From: Sedimenticolaceae bacterium | GTDB taxonomy: Bacteria > Pseudomonadota > Gammaproteobacteria > Chromatiales > Chromatiaceae | NCBI GenBank assembly: GCA_050288245.1 | Contig: JBNKDM010000002.1 | Coordinates: forward strand, 12,067 to 76,066 | Direction: 5' to 3' | DNA length: 64,000 nucleotides | Shown here: in pieces, positions 9,590-20,367 of the stretch | Position numbering within the stretch: the first letter of the stretch is position 1 | Layout of the letters: each line of letters opens with the position of its first letter | Notes under the pieces: model-generated | Told to the model about the DNA's origin: nothing | The model's database searches: none | Seen by the model: only the letters and a program-made list of their open reading frames with translations | Position numbers and translations under genes: made by a program

Positions 9590-9895
9590 GTGACTACAAT
9601 CGGTAGTGCCTTGATACCTCTGATCGGCGCGCAACAGCAGCGCGCCTTGAGCTTTCCTCAGGAGACAAAGGATCTCCGGGCGGATGCTCGTCCAGCCAAT
9701 GATGCAGTATCATCAACCCTGAGTCAGGATCAGCGTAATCATCTTGGTGGTATGGTCGCCACCCTGAGCCAGGATAATGATATGGCGGGGCTGCCCGCCA
9801 GGATCAGGCATGCGGTTCAGGCCTACCAGTCCCAGGCTGTGGATGCGGAACGTGAGCAGATCAGCCGTTTGCTTGGGTTCGATGAGTACGCCTGA
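9590..9895 (+). CDS. Hypothetical ~101-aa protein (start GTG 9590 or TTG 9575)
   Basis: Coding-like codon pattern and GGGGA 4 nt upstream of GTG 9590. The polar N-terminal two-thirds look disordered and the C-terminus looks helical. No secure family assignment. Confidence 0.5.
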   Translation: MTTIGSALIPLIGAQQQRALSFPQETKDLRADARPANDAVSSTLSQDQRNHLGGMVATLSQDNDMAGLPARIRHAVQAYQSQAVDAEREQISRLLGFDEYA

Positions 9896-9929
9896 TCAGA
9901 ACAGTAGCTGCCAGCCCCTACGAAATTGG

Positions 9930-11183
9930 TTAACTACCAAGGGCCATACTTTCGAATTTCAACGTAGCCAGATGATCATCCAGGGTCTCGGCGCGGCGGA
10001 TCAACTCGACCGAACCATCCTCCCGTAACAGAAGTTCCTGTGGTCTTAATCTTCCATTGTAGTTGAACCCCATGGCGTGACCATGGGCGCCGGTATCATG
10101 GATACAGAGTAGATCACCATCCTGTATGGCCGGCAGCGAGCGTTGTTTGGCGAATTTGTCGTTGTTTTCGCACAGAGACCCAGCCACATCCACAATCTCC
10201 TCATTTCCGCTCTTTCCCGGTACGGTAATATGGTGGTACGCATCATACATGCCGGGGCGCATCAAGGAGGACATGCAGGCATCCACTCCTACATAGGTGC
10301 GGTATATCTCCTTGCGGTTGATCGCCCGGGTTATCAGTACCCCGTGTGGTCCGGTAATGTAGCGTCCGCTCTCAATAAACAGTTTCGGTGCGTATCCGTG
10401 GCGTTGTTTGAACTGGTCGAAGTGAGCGGTTATCTCTCTGCCCATACTGGCGATATCCAGAGGCTGTTCCTCCGGACGGTAGGGGATACCGAGACCGCCG
10501 CCTATGTTGATGAATTCGAAGGTGATGTTCAGCTCTTGGGAGAGCCACGCAACCATCTCCAGCAGCATGTCAGATGTCTCCACCATGTAGGTGTAGTTCA
10601 GTTCGTTGGATGCCAGCATGGTATGCAGACCGAAACGTTTCACTCCCAACTGCTTAGCCTGACGATAGGCCTCCAGGATCTGGTCATGGGATACGCCATA
10701 CTTGGCCTCTATCGGGGTACCGATGATGTGGTTGCCGGTGCGGCGTTCCCCCGGGTTGTAACGAAAGCAGATCAGATCGGGCAGTTGCGGTACCTTTTGT
10801 AGCAGTGAGATGTCGTCCAGATTCAGGATGCTGCCGCCATCCGCTTCGGCATACTCGAACTCCTCCAGACTGGTGTTGTTGGAGGTGAACATGATCTCTT
10901 CACCATGGCCTCCGGCCGCGCGACTCAGGACCAGTTCGGCGATGGAGCTGCAGTCGAAGCCGAAGCCGAGAGCATGCATGATGCTGAGTATGGCTGGATT
11001 CGGCAGAGCCTTGACCGCATAGTATTCCCGGAATCCTTCGATACCGGAGAATGCCTGTTTGAGCAGATTGCCGGTGGCCTTGATACCGGCTTCATCATAG
11101 ATATGAAACGGTGTTCCAAAGTGCGCGGCAATATCCTCCAACCGTGGGAGCAGCCTGGTTTCAAAATCGTTCGACATGGGCAT
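9930..11183 (-). CDS. lysA: Diaminopimelate decarboxylase (fold-type III PLP decarboxylase)
   Basis: PLP-lysine region YAVKALPN, GGGLGIPY, ESGRY, and CENNDKF...HDTGAHGHAMGFNYNGR. It sits immediately downstream of dapL on the same strand. Confidence 0.85.
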   Translation of the reverse strand: MPMSNDFETRLLPRLEDIAAHFGTPFHIYDEAGIKATGNLLKQAFSGIEGFREYYAVKALPNPAILSIMHALGFGFDCSSIAELVLSRAAGGHGEEIMFTSNNTSLEEFEYAEADGGSILNLDDISLLQKVPQLPDLICFRYNPGERRTGNHIIGTPIEAKYGVSHDQILEAYRQAKQLGVKRFGLHTMLASNELNYTYMVETSDMLLEMVAWLSQELNITFEFINIGGGLGIPYRPEEQPLDIASMGREITAHFDQFKQRHGYAPKLFIESGRYITGPHGVLITRAINRKEIYRTYVGVDACMSSLMRPGMYDAYHHITVPGKSGNEEIVDVAGSLCENNDKFAKQRSLPAIQDGDLLCIHDTGAHGHAMGFNYNGRLRPQELLLREDGSVELIRRAETLDDHLATLKFESMALGS

Positions 11184-11261
11184 ATCTAGTTTACCTTCAC
11201 ATTAATCTGTCTTACTCAGGTGATGAGTAAAAACCGAATTAGATCCTCTCTACTGGTGTAT

Positions 11262-12482
11262 TCAAATGCTCTTGCTTATACGATCCATGGCCTGTTTGAC
11301 GTTTTCGAAGCTGTTAAAAGCGCTTATGCGAATATATCCCTGGCCACATTTGCCGAAGCCTGCGCCCGGGGTGCAGACCACGCCGGCCTTGGTCAGGAGC
11401 AGATCGAAGAACTCCCATGAGTCCATCTTGCCATCAATCCAGATGTAGGGGGAGTTGTCGCCACCGATGCAATCATATCCCAGGCCGGATATCTGTTCAC
11501 GGATATAGGCCGCATTGTTCAGATAGTAGGAAATCAACTCCTTGACCTGAGCCCGGCCCTCCATGCTGTAGACGGCCTCTGCAGCACGCTGTATCGGATA
11601 GGAGACACTATTGAACTTGGTGGTGTGGCGGCGATTCCACAGTGAGTGGATAGAGACGGCATCACCGGCCTCTGTGTAGGCCATACACTCTTTGGGCACC
11701 ACGGTGAAGGCACAACGGGTACCGGTGAAACCTGCGGTCTTGGAGAAACTTCTAAACTCTACCGCCACCTCGCGTGCACCCTCTACCTCGTAGATGGAGC
11801 GGGGGATGGTGTCGTCCTGGATGAAGGCCTCGTAGGCGGCATCGTACAGGATTAGCGCCTTGGTCTCGCGGGCAAAGTCTACCCATCTCTTCAGCTGCTC
11901 ACGGCTGATGGTGGCTCCGGTTGGGTTGTTGGGAAAGCAGAGGTAGATTAGGTCGACCGGCTCGCTCGGGATCTCCGGGATGAAATCGTTCTCTTTGGTG
12001 GCCTCCAGATAGACCAGGCCGCTATAGCGTCCGTCCATGGCCGCACCAGTGCGTCCTGCCATCACATTGGTATCTACGTATACCGGGTAGACCGGATCCG
12101 GGATGGCGATGGTGATATCTTGGGAGAAGATCTCCTGAAAGTTGCCGGTGTCACATTTGGCGCCGTCACTTACGAAGATCTCATCAGCCTCCACGTTGCA
12201 CCCTCTGGAGTGGTAATCACCCTGGGCGATGGCGGTGCGCAGAAAATCATAACCCTGTTCCGGACCATAGCCACGAAAGGTGCTGTCGTTCGCCATCTCA
12301 TCCACTGCGGCATGCAGTGCCTTGATACAGGCATCGGGCAGGGCACGGGTTACGTCACCAATCCCAAGTTTTATCACCTGCTGTTCCGGGTGGGCCTGTT
12401 GGTGGGCGGCAACCCTCCTGGCAATGTCGGAAAAGAGATAGGATGCCTGGAGCTTGTTGAAGTTTTCGTTAATTTTGATCAT
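11262..12482 (-). CDS. dapL: LL-diaminopimelate aminotransferase (DapL pathway)
   Basis: Collinear DapL signatures: [88 protein letters not shown] 12482 is preceded by GAGGAA; the track start at 12494 is a TTG. Confidence 0.88.
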   Translation of the reverse strand: MIKINENFNKLQASYLFSDIARRVAAHQQAHPEQQVIKLGIGDVTRALPDACIKALHAAVDEMANDSTFRGYGPEQGYDFLRTAIAQGDYHSRGCNVEADEIFVSDGAKCDTGNFQEIFSQDITIAIPDPVYPVYVDTNVMAGRTGAAMDGRYSGLVYLEATKENDFIPEIPSEPVDLIYLCFPNNPTGATISREQLKRWVDFARETKALILYDAAYEAFIQDDTIPRSIYEVEGAREVAVEFRSFSKTAGFTGTRCAFTVVPKECMAYTEAGDAVSIHSLWNRRHTTKFNSVSYPIQRAAEAVYSMEGRAQVKELISYYLNNAAYIREQISGLGYDCIGGDNSPYIWIDGKMDSWEFFDLLLTKAGVVCTPGAGFGKCGQGYIRISAFNSFENVKQAMDRISKSI

Positions 12483-12609
12483 GTGGTTCCTCAATTGATC
12501 CTGAGTGTCTGGCGGCGGCTATGGATAAAAGCCGCGTAGTATATTCTATAGCCCTCCTACTGGACAGTAGGTATCTACAGTGTATACCAGCAGGCTAGAG
12601 TGACGGGCA

Positions 12610-15255
12610 CTAACGGGCGGAGCTGTCCAGTTGTTTTATAATGTTGTCACGCAGGCATTGTAGTTTATCCGGGTCTTCAATCGGTTTCTTGTCACTGCCG
12701 GTGATGAAAAATGTATCCTCTGCCTCAGCACCGATGGTGGCAATCTTGGCTGCCTTTAGATTGATATCGCATTGAGTAAAGGCGTGGCCTACCCGGGCCA
12801 ACAGACCAGGGCGATCGGATGTAATCAGCTTTAGGATAGTTCTCTGGTTTGCCTTGTCCTGACTGACGTCGATCTGGGTGGGGATTTGAAAATGCTTCAG
12901 CTGGCGCGGGATGCGCCTGGTAACATTAAGGCTCACCTTGTCCGGATTGTTCAAGCCGTCTCTCAATACTTGGATGATCTTCTGCTCGCGGTTTTTATCG
13001 GTGATGGCGCTGCCATCATCTTCCAAAACCCGATAGCTGTCGAGGGTGAAGCCACTTGTAGTGGTTTCGATCCTGGCGTCAACTACGTTCAGACAAAGCT
13101 TATCCAGTAGTGCTGTGGTAACTGCAAACAGGCCGAGACGGTCATGTGAATAGATTACTACCTCAGAGCCTCCTCGCCCGGTCTTACTGCGGAGGCTGAT
13201 CTCCGGTCCGGCATCCTTATCAATAGAGAGGATAAATTTGGTATGGCAGATGATCTCCTCGACTGACGAATAGAGGAAATAGTCTACATCCAGGGTCAGC
13301 CATAGTTCGTTTATCCTTTCGGATGAAAGCCCGGCCCGCTGTAACTCTTCGCTGGCGTCCCGTTGCTTTTCCTGTATCAGCTCGTTGGTATCGTGTGGGC
13401 GCTCCAGACCGCGCAGGAGGGTGCGATGGGTGGCTATGTAGAGTTCCCTGAGCAGGGAGTCCTTCCATGAGTTCCACCTTTTAGGGTCGGTAGCGCGCAT
13501 GTCGGCAACGGTAAGCAGGTAGAGATGGTCGAGACGAGAGGTGGTGCCCATCTTTTTGGCAAAGTTGAGGATAACCTCCGGATCATGGGTATCCTGCCGT
13601 TGTGCCGTAATGGACATGATCAGGTGGTTTTTCACCAGCCAGGCAACCAGTTTACTGTCATAGTCACTCAGGTCGTGCTTCTTGCAAAAGTCCCATGCAT
13701 CCTTGGCCCCAAGCTCTGAGTGATCCCCCTCTCGACCCTTGGCGATATCGTGGAACAGTCCGGCCAGATAGAGTAGCTCCGGTTTGGGTATGCAGCTTAT
13801 GATATCGCTGCATAACGGGAATTCATGTACACGCCAAGGAACAGCGAAGCGGCGTAGGTTACGTACGACGAATAGAGTGTGTTCATCCACGGTATATACA
13901 TGGAACAGATCGTATTGCATGCGTCCGATAATATTGCCGAATATCGGCATGTAGGCAGAGAGTATGCCATAGCGATTCATGCGTCTTAGTTCTGATGTCA
14001 CTCCGTTGGATTGGCGAATGATCTCCATGAACAGACTTTTTGCCCGCAGGTCATTGCGGAAATTATCGTCGATGAGGTGGCGGTGGGAGCGGATCAGACG
14101 CACGGTGCTGGCGCGCACCCCTTTAAGTTCAGGATAGATCTGTAGCAGCAGAAATATCTCCAGCAAGGCAAGTGGATAGCGTTTGAATATGTTGTCGTTA
14201 GTTACTTCGAGAAAACCATTTCTGGCCTGGAAACGTTTGTTGATGGTGAGGATCTCTGCCGGTTGATTCTCCATCAGTATGGCTTCTTGAAACAGCTGCA
14301 ACAGGCGTTCGTTCAGCCGTTCTATTCTGATCGCAGTGCGGTAGTAGCGCTGCATGAACTGTTCGACAGCCAGGCTATGCTCCTGGTCTACAAAACCAAA
14401 TTCTTTGGCTAGATTGCGCTGATGGTCAAACAGCAACCGGTCTTCTCTGCGTCCGGTCATGAGATGCAGGGCGAAACGGATCTTCCAGAGAAGAGAGCGT
14501 CCCTCCATCAGTGATTCATATTCCGCCTCGGTCAGGAAATGGTGGCCTACCAGCCCGTGCATGGTTTCGCAGCCAAAATAGCGTTTGGCTACCCAGCCTA
14601 CGGTCTGAATATCACGCAAGCCTCCCGGACCCTCTTTTATGTTCGGTTCCAGGTTGCTGGCGGTGTCGTCATATTTCTCGTATCTGATCTTCTGTTCTTC
14701 CCATTTTTCCTGGAAAAACAGGTCGCTGGGCCAGATCTTGTCGGATGAGGTGGCATCGCGCATCTGCTGGAGCATCTCCCGGCTGCCTACTATCAGACGG
14801 GACTCCATAATGTTGGTCACGACCGTAATGTCTTTCTTTGCTTCATCCACGCACTCCTGGATGGACCGTACACTATGACCTACCTCCAGTCCTACATCCC
14901 ATAGAAAGGTCAACAGCTGCTCCATGTTGCCGGCAAGCTGTTCGCGCTCCTTCGCCTCCACCAGAATCATCAGATCGATATCAGAGCTGGGGTGGAGCTC
15001 ACCACGACCATAGCCTCCCACAGCAACCATGGCTGCGTTGATATCCTCTGGCATATGTCGCAGCCACGCCCGTTTAAGCAGAGAGTCAACCAGTTTTGCC
15101 CGCAGTGACACCAGGGTGGAGACAGGGATGCCCTCGTTAAATCCCTGAGCCAGTGTTTCTGTGCCTCTGGTCAGGGTCTTGCGAAACAGGGCTAGAGGAT
15201 TGTCAGTCTGTGCCAGAGCCTGATCGAAGGTGATGCCGTTAAAGACTCGTTTCAT
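12610..15255 (-). CDS. glnD: Bifunctional [protein-PII] uridylyltransferase/uridylyl-removing enzyme
   Basis: 881 aa with nucleotidyltransferase motif GGYGRGELHPSSDIDL, an HD domain (LFHDIAKG) and two C-terminal ACT-like regions. Adjacent to map, as in E. coli. Confidence 0.96.
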   Translation of the reverse strand: MKRVFNGITFDQALAQTDNPLALFRKTLTRGTETLAQGFNEGIPVSTLVSLRAKLVDSLLKRAWLRHMPEDINAAMVAVGGYGRGELHPSSDIDLMILVEAKEREQLAGNMEQLLTFLWDVGLEVGHSVRSIQECVDEAKKDITVVTNIMESRLIVGSREMLQQMRDATSSDKIWPSDLFFQEKWEEQKIRYEKYDDTASNLEPNIKEGPGGLRDIQTVGWVAKRYFGCETMHGLVGHHFLTEAEYESLMEGRSLLWKIRFALHLMTGRREDRLLFDHQRNLAKEFGFVDQEHSLAVEQFMQRYYRTAIRIERLNERLLQLFQEAILMENQPAEILTINKRFQARNGFLEVTNDNIFKRYPLALLEIFLLLQIYPELKGVRASTVRLIRSHRHLIDDNFRNDLRAKSLFMEIIRQSNGVTSELRRMNRYGILSAYMPIFGNIIGRMQYDLFHVYTVDEHTLFVVRNLRRFAVPWRVHEFPLCSDIISCIPKPELLYLAGLFHDIAKGREGDHSELGAKDAWDFCKKHDLSDYDSKLVAWLVKNHLIMSITAQRQDTHDPEVILNFAKKMGTTSRLDHLYLLTVADMRATDPKRWNSWKDSLLRELYIATHRTLLRGLERPHDTNELIQEKQRDASEELQRAGLSSERINELWLTLDVDYFLYSSVEEIICHTKFILSIDKDAGPEISLRSKTGRGGSEVVIYSHDRLGLFAVTTALLDKLCLNVVDARIETTTSGFTLDSYRVLEDDGSAITDKNREQKIIQVLRDGLNNPDKVSLNVTRRIPRQLKHFQIPTQIDVSQDKANQRTILKLITSDRPGLLARVGHAFTQCDINLKAAKIATIGAEAEDTFFITGSDKKPIEDPDKLQCLRDNIIKQLDSSAR

Positions 15256-15293
15256 AAATCAATACTATGGAAGGTATAAAGGGAAGGTTCCTA

Positions 15294-16061
15294 TTATTGC
15301 ATCTCTTCCTGCCGCAGGGTGAGGATTTCGTGTCCAGCGTCGGTAACCAGAATGGTATGTTCCCATTGGGCCGATAGACTACGGTCCTTGGTAACAACGG
15401 TCCAGCCATCCGGAAGTAGTTTTATCATGCGCTTACCGGCATTTACCATTGGTTCTATGGTGAAACACATACCTGGCTGGAGCCGCGGGCCGTTAGTCTT
15501 GGTCCCGTAATGCAGTACCTGTGGATCCTCATGGAATTCTCGTCCGATGCCATGGCCACAATACTCTCTGACCACCGAGTAGTTATTGGCCTCGACAAAT
15601 TTCTGTATGGCCTTACCGATGTCATTCAGATAGATACCTGGTTTTACCACCTCGATACCTATCTGCATCGCCTCTCTGGTTATGTTTACCAGGCGCTGCG
15701 CCAGTATTGATGGCTCACCTATCATGAACATCTTGCTGGTATCACCATGAAATCCATCCTTGATTACAGTTATGTCAATATTGACGATATCGCCGTTTTT
15801 GAGCTTCTTATTGCCAGGGATGCCGTGGCAGACCTGATGGTTAACAGAGGTGCATATGGATTTTGGAAAACCGCGGTAATTGAGTGGGGCCGGAATAACA
15901 CCCTGGGTGTTTACCATGTAGTCGTGGCAGATTTGGTTCAACTCCTCTGTGGTAATCCCCGCCTGTACGTGTGGTTCCACCATATCCAGAACATCCGCTG
16001 CGAGCCTGCCGGCAATGCGCATCTTCTCTATCTCTTCGGGAGTTTTTATTATGATGCTCAT
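15294..16061 (-). CDS. map: Methionine aminopeptidase, type I
   Basis: 255 aa, pita-bread fold, with the metal-ligand context DIVNIDITV...GDTS, YCGHGIG, FTIEP and WEHT. Confidence 0.97.
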   Translation of the reverse strand: MSIIIKTPEEIEKMRIAGRLAADVLDMVEPHVQAGITTEELNQICHDYMVNTQGVIPAPLNYRGFPKSICTSVNHQVCHGIPGNKKLKNGDIVNIDITVIKDGFHGDTSKMFMIGEPSILAQRLVNITREAMQIGIEVVKPGIYLNDIGKAIQKFVEANNYSVVREYCGHGIGREFHEDPQVLHYGTKTNGPRLQPGMCFTIEPMVNAGKRMIKLLPDGWTVVTKDRSLSAQWEHTILVTDAGHEILTLRQEEMQ

Positions 16062-16122
16062 ATTTTAGTGGTCTCTGTAGTGGAAAAACTGGCAAAACCA
16101 ACATCTTGGGGCATTGCGGCGA

Positions 16123-16151
16123 TTGTTATAACAGGCGGCATATGGTATAAA
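16123..16151 (+). promoter_or_regulatory. Candidate rpsB-tsf promoter with an extended -10
   Basis: -35 TTGTTA (16123-16128), a 17-nt spacer, and TGgTATAAA (16143-16151). It resembles the conserved gammaproteobacterial rpsB extended -10 (TGTGGTATAAA in E. coli). It implies a ~180-nt leader. Confidence 0.5.
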
Positions 16152-16340
16152 ACGCGCCCTGGATTGGCAATTAACAATCCAGCTATTATTACACACATGT
16201 ACCGTCACGGTTGCCGGGGTGCCTGTTTTGACCAACTGAACTGTTTGGCTGCTGGTAAATGCAGAGCAAGCAATGAGGTCATAATCGGTCGACGACTGGG
16301 GTACATGGAGGATTAACCCTATACAATTCGGAGTAACACT

Positions 16341-17174
16341 ATGAGTGCAGTATCAATGCGCCAGATGCTAGAGGCTGGCGTGCATTTCGGGCATCAGGCC
16401 CGTTATTGGAACCCTAAGATGGGTCCCTACATCTTCGGTCAGCGCAACAAAATCCACATTATCAATCTTGAACAGACCCTACCGATGTTCAACGATGCCA
16501 TGAATTTTCTTGGTACTCTGAGCGCCAACGGTGGCAAGATCCTGTTTGTCGGTACCAAACGCGCAGCGCGTGACACAGTAAGGGAAGAGGCAGAACGTTG
16601 TGGTATGCCTTTTGTCAATCACCGCTGGCTGGGTGGTATGCTGACCAACTTCAAGACCATAAAGCAGTCTATTAATCGACTGAAAGAGCTTGAAGAGATG
16701 TTTGCTGACGGTAGCGTCGAAAAGCGCTTCAATAAGAAAGAGGCCCTCGGTCTGGAACGCGAAAAGGATAAACTTGAGCGTAGTCTTGGCGGTATCAAGG
16801 ATATGAAATCCCTGCCGGACGCCATGTTCGTGGTAGACACCGGACACGAGCATATCGCTGTTTGCGAGGCCAGAAAACTCGGTATTCCGGTAGTTGGCGT
16901 GGTTGACACTAACAATGATCCCAATGACATCGATTATGTAATCCCCGGCAATGATGATGCCATCAGGTCTATTCAGCTATATGTCCAGGGTGTTTCTGCT
17001 GCGGTTCTGGAAGGACGTGCCAGTGCTGCACATATCGGACTTGAATCTGAACCTGTGGAAAAACCCAAAAGGGTTAGAAAGGCCAAGAAGGTGGAAGAGC
17101 CTAAAGTGGAAGAGCCGCAAGCAGAAGAGCCTGTCAGTGAAAAGGAAGAGGCATCCGGGGAAGATAAGGAATAA
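16341..17174 (+). CDS. rpsB: 30S ribosomal protein S2, with a ~40-aa acidic Lys/Glu/Pro C-terminal extension
   Basis: The N-terminus [19 protein letters not shown] is canonical S2. The tail is [29 protein letters not shown]. Confidence 0.98.
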   Translation: MSAVSMRQMLEAGVHFGHQARYWNPKMGPYIFGQRNKIHIINLEQTLPMFNDAMNFLGTLSANGGKILFVGTKRAARDTVREEAERCGMPFVNHRWLGGMLTNFKTIKQSINRLKELEEMFADGSVEKRFNKKEALGLEREKDKLERSLGGIKDMKSLPDAMFVVDTGHEHIAVCEARKLGIPVVGVVDTNNDPNDIDYVIPGNDDAIRSIQLYVQGVSAAVLEGRASAAHIGLESEPVEKPKRVRKAKKVEEPKVEEPQAEEPVSEKEEASGEDKE

Positions 17175-17304
17175 TACTTACCGGATGACAGATTTATATC
17201 TGACTCCCATGTACTTATGATGGATATGCCCCTGCTGCGTATAACCTACCGCCGGGGCATATTCATTGTACACAATTCATACATACGATGAGGAAATTTA
17301 TACA

Positions 17305-18189
17305 ATGGCCATTACAGCCTCTCTGGTAAAAGAACTGCGTGAACGTACCGGTTCCGGCATGATGGAATGCAAAAAGGCGCTGGTTGAAACCAATGGTGAT
17401 ATCGAAGCCGCTATTGAGCTTATGCGCAAATCAGGACAGGCCACTGCGGCCAAGAAAGCCGGGCGTACCGCAGCCGATGGAATTGTTGCGATTAAATTCA
17501 GCGACGATAAAAAACGTGCCGTTATGGTGGAAGTAAACTGTGAGACGGATTTCGTGGCAAAGGATGATAATTTTACCTCCTTTGTGGATGCGGTTGCCGG
17601 TTGTGCGCTCGGTTCTGACGTAGCTGATGTGGAAGCCCTGATGGATACACCTCTGCATGATGGCGAGGAGACCACCGTCAATACCGCGCGTGAGGCATTG
17701 ATTGCCAAGATCGGGGAAAATATGAATGTTCGTCGTTTTCAGCGGTTTCAGACCGAGAACGGAAAACTGACAAGCTATCAGCACGGTGTTCGTATTGGTG
17801 TCGTGGTCGAGGTGAATGGTGGTGATGATGAGTTAGGCAAGGATCTTGCCATGCATGTGGCCGCCTCTAACCCCATCTGCGTGGATGAATCAGGTGTTCC
17901 TAGTGATGCCCTGGAAAAAGAGCGCGAAATATATAAGGCTCAGGCGCTTGAAAGCGGTAAACCTGAGAATATCGTTGATAAGATTGTTGATGGCCGTGTG
18001 CGTAAATACCTGTCCGAGATTACTCTATTGGGACAGAACTTTGTCAAAGATCCAGACATTACCGTAGGAAAACTTCTTGCTGATGCCGGTGCCACTGTTA
18101 TCTCCTTCAAGAGATTTGAAGTAGGTGAGGGCATTGAGAAGAAGCAGGAGAACTTTGCTGAAGAGGTTATGGCCCAGGCCAAGGGCTAA
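17305..18189 (+). CDS. tsf: Elongation factor Ts
   Basis: [26 protein letters not shown] (UBA-like N-terminus). ATG 17305 is preceded by GAGGAA; the ORF-track start at 17266 is an upstream TTG. Confidence 0.97.
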   Translation: MAITASLVKELRERTGSGMMECKKALVETNGDIEAAIELMRKSGQATAAKKAGRTAADGIVAIKFSDDKKRAVMVEVNCETDFVAKDDNFTSFVDAVAGCALGSDVADVEALMDTPLHDGEETTVNTAREALIAKIGENMNVRRFQRFQTENGKLTSYQHGVRIGVVVEVNGGDDELGKDLAMHVAASNPICVDESGVPSDALEKEREIYKAQALESGKPENIVDKIVDGRVRKYLSEITLLGQNFVKDPDITVGKLLADAGATVISFKRFEVGEGIEKKQENFAEEVMAQAKG

Positions 18190-18286
18190 ATAATAACATT
18201 AGATCGGCCTCCCTATGAGGCCGGTCGTATATAGTCTCCCAGTGGGTTTGGGTTGTGTGAATAACGTTAATTGACCTGGTGGAGTT

Positions 18287-19009
18287 ATGCCTGAATTGAT
18301 CTATCAACGTATTTTACTGAAACTCAGTGGTGAGGCACTGATGGGCGAAGGCGACTACGGGATAGATCCTGCAGTTGTTAAACGGATCTCTGCAGAGATC
18401 AATGATCTGGTAAGAGCCGGAGCTCAGGTGGCCCTGGTTATCGGAGGCGGCAACATATTCCGTGGGGCCGGTCTGGCTCAGGGTGGTATAGACCGGGTTA
18501 CCGCCGATCATATGGGGATGCTGGCTACAGTGATGAATGGGCTGGCAATGAAGGATGCCCTGCACAAGACCGGTTTGCAGGCAAGGGTGATGTCGGCTCT
18601 GGCGATAGATCAGGTATGTGATACTTTTCTGCGGGATCAGGCCGTACACTCCCTGGAGCAGGGTGAGATAGTCATCTTCAGTGCCGGTACCGGCAGTCCT
18701 TTCTTTACCACAGATACAGCCGCCAGCCTGCGGGCCATTGAGATCGGTGCGCAACTGCTGATTAAGGCCACCAAGGTGGATGGGATCTACTCCTCTGATC
18801 CTGTAACCAACACTGATGCAGAATTTTATCCGCGCCTTAGTTATGATCGAGCCCTGAGGGAGGGTCTTAAGGTGATGGATGCTACGGCTATTATGCTGTG
18901 CCGTGATCACAATATGCCGCTTCGAGTAATGAATATAAATAATAATGGCGCCGTGATGCGTCTGCTGCAGGGGGATGATGTTGGTTCCCTGGTAGAGAAT
19001 GGAGATTGA
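18287..19009 (+). CDS. pyrH: UMP kinase
   Basis: [13 protein letters not shown] and [10 protein letters not shown] motifs, in the tsf-pyrH-frr synteny. Confidence 0.97.
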   Translation: MPELIYQRILLKLSGEALMGEGDYGIDPAVVKRISAEINDLVRAGAQVALVIGGGNIFRGAGLAQGGIDRVTADHMGMLATVMNGLAMKDALHKTGLQARVMSALAIDQVCDTFLRDQAVHSLEQGEIVIFSAGTGSPFFTTDTAASLRAIEIGAQLLIKATKVDGIYSSDPVTNTDAEFYPRLSYDRALREGLKVMDATAIMLCRDHNMPLRVMNINNNGAVMRLLQGDDVGSLVENGD

Positions 19010-19010
19010 G

Positions 19011-19568
19011 ATGATCAACGATATTCAGAAAGACACAAAATTACGCATGGGCAAGAGTATTGAGTCTTTGATTCACGAGCTGGCCAAGTTGCGGACAGGA
19101 CGTGCGCATCCCAGCCTTCTGGATCATGTTACGGTCTCTTACTACGGTTCCGAAGTACCGCTGAGCCAGGTTGCAAACATCAATGTGGAAGATGCCCGCA
19201 CCCTGACAATCAGCCCGTGGGAGCAGAGTATGGTGGCTCCGGTAGAGAAGGCGATAATGAATTCAGATCTTGGACTTAATCCAAACACTGCAGGTAACGT
19301 GCTGAGGGTTCCGCTGCCACCACTTACTGAGGAGCGGCGCAAGGACATGATAAAGATTGTACGTCATGAAGCGGAGAATGCGCGTATCGCCATCCGCAAT
19401 ATCCGCCGTGATGCAAACAGTCAACTCAAGGAGTTGGTAAAAGAGAAGATGGTGTCTGAGGATGATGAAAGACGTGGTGAAGAGCTGGTACAAAAGCTCA
19501 CCGACCAGCACATCAAAGAGGTAGACGCCTTGCTGGAAAAGAAAGAAATAGATCTGATGGAAGTTTAA
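19011..19568 (+). CDS. frr: Ribosome recycling factor
   Basis: [20 protein letters not shown]...[14 protein letters not shown] 19011 follows GGAG and sits just after the pyrH stop. Confidence 0.97.
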   Translation: MINDIQKDTKLRMGKSIESLIHELAKLRTGRAHPSLLDHVTVSYYGSEVPLSQVANINVEDARTLTISPWEQSMVAPVEKAIMNSDLGLNPNTAGNVLRVPLPPLTEERRKDMIKIVRHEAENARIAIRNIRRDANSQLKELVKEKMVSEDDERRGEELVQKLTDQHIKEVDALLEKKEIDLMEV

Positions 19569-19581
19569 TGACGGTAGCGCC

Positions 19582-20361
19582 GTGACTAAAGAAGGAACTG
19601 ACAAAGAAAAGACTCGGTTAACGCTGAAGGTTCCGAGACACGTCGCGATTGTTATGGATGGCAATGGTCGCTGGGCGCAACGTCACGGGCTGAAACGCCA
19701 TGCCGGTCATAAGGAGGGGGTGAAATCGGTACGCAAAGCGGTAGAACACGCAGCTCGCTCCCACATAGAGGTACTTACCCTGTTTGCCTTCAGTAGCGAG
19801 AATTGGAGCCGACCGCGAGAAGAGGTGGGGTTGCTTATGGATCTGTTCATGTTGGCGCTGAAACAGGAGATAAAACGCCTGCAACGCAACAACGTACAGT
19901 TGCGCATCATAGGCGATAGATCCAAATTTTCCCCGGAACTTCAAAACAGTATGTCCAAGGCAGAGGTCGATACAGCGGGAAATAGTGGGTTGATTCTACA
20001 GATAGCTGCCAACTATGGCGGACGCTGGGATATAACTCAGGCTGTGCAAAAGCTGGCTATGCAGGTCAAGGACGGCTCACTGGAGCCGGACTTGATAACT
20101 GAAGAGCGTATATCGGCTGAACTGTCATTTTCCAATCTACCAGAACCAGACCTGTTTATTCGCACCGGTGGCGAACAACGTCTGAGCAACTTCCTACTTT
20201 GGCAGTCCGCCTACACAGAGCTTTATTTTAGCGATGTACTCTGGCCTGATTTTGACGATGCGGAATTTAACATCGCCCTGGCCTCTTTTGCCAGTAGACA
20301 GAGACGCTTCGGAATGATTGCCGAACAGATAACTGGCGCAAAAGCACCGGCTGGTGACTGA
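19582..20361 (+). CDS. uppS: Ditrans,polycis-undecaprenyl-diphosphate synthase
   Basis: HVAIVMDGNGRWA, LTLFAFSSENWSRP and RTGGEQRLSNFLLWQ motifs. GTG start. Confidence 0.96.
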   Translation: MTKEGTDKEKTRLTLKVPRHVAIVMDGNGRWAQRHGLKRHAGHKEGVKSVRKAVEHAARSHIEVLTLFAFSSENWSRPREEVGLLMDLFMLALKQEIKRLQRNNVQLRIIGDRSKFSPELQNSMSKAEVDTAGNSGLILQIAANYGGRWDITQAVQKLAMQVKDGSLEPDLITEERISAELSFSNLPEPDLFIRTGGEQRLSNFLLWQSAYTELYFSDVLWPDFDDAEFNIALASFASRQRRFGMIAEQITGAKAPAGD

Positions 20362-20367
20362 TCAATA

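Noticed and set aside
12483-12609. Lysine riboswitch (L-box) or strong terminator between glnD and dapL.
   Set aside because: The spacer is only 127 nt, too short for an L-box. It holds only 6-bp hairpins without U-tracts.
18205-18223. Terminator after tsf (cggcctc-cctat-gaggccg).
   Set aside because: It is only a 7-bp stem with no following T-tract. It may act as a weak attenuator but is not well enough supported to list as a feature.
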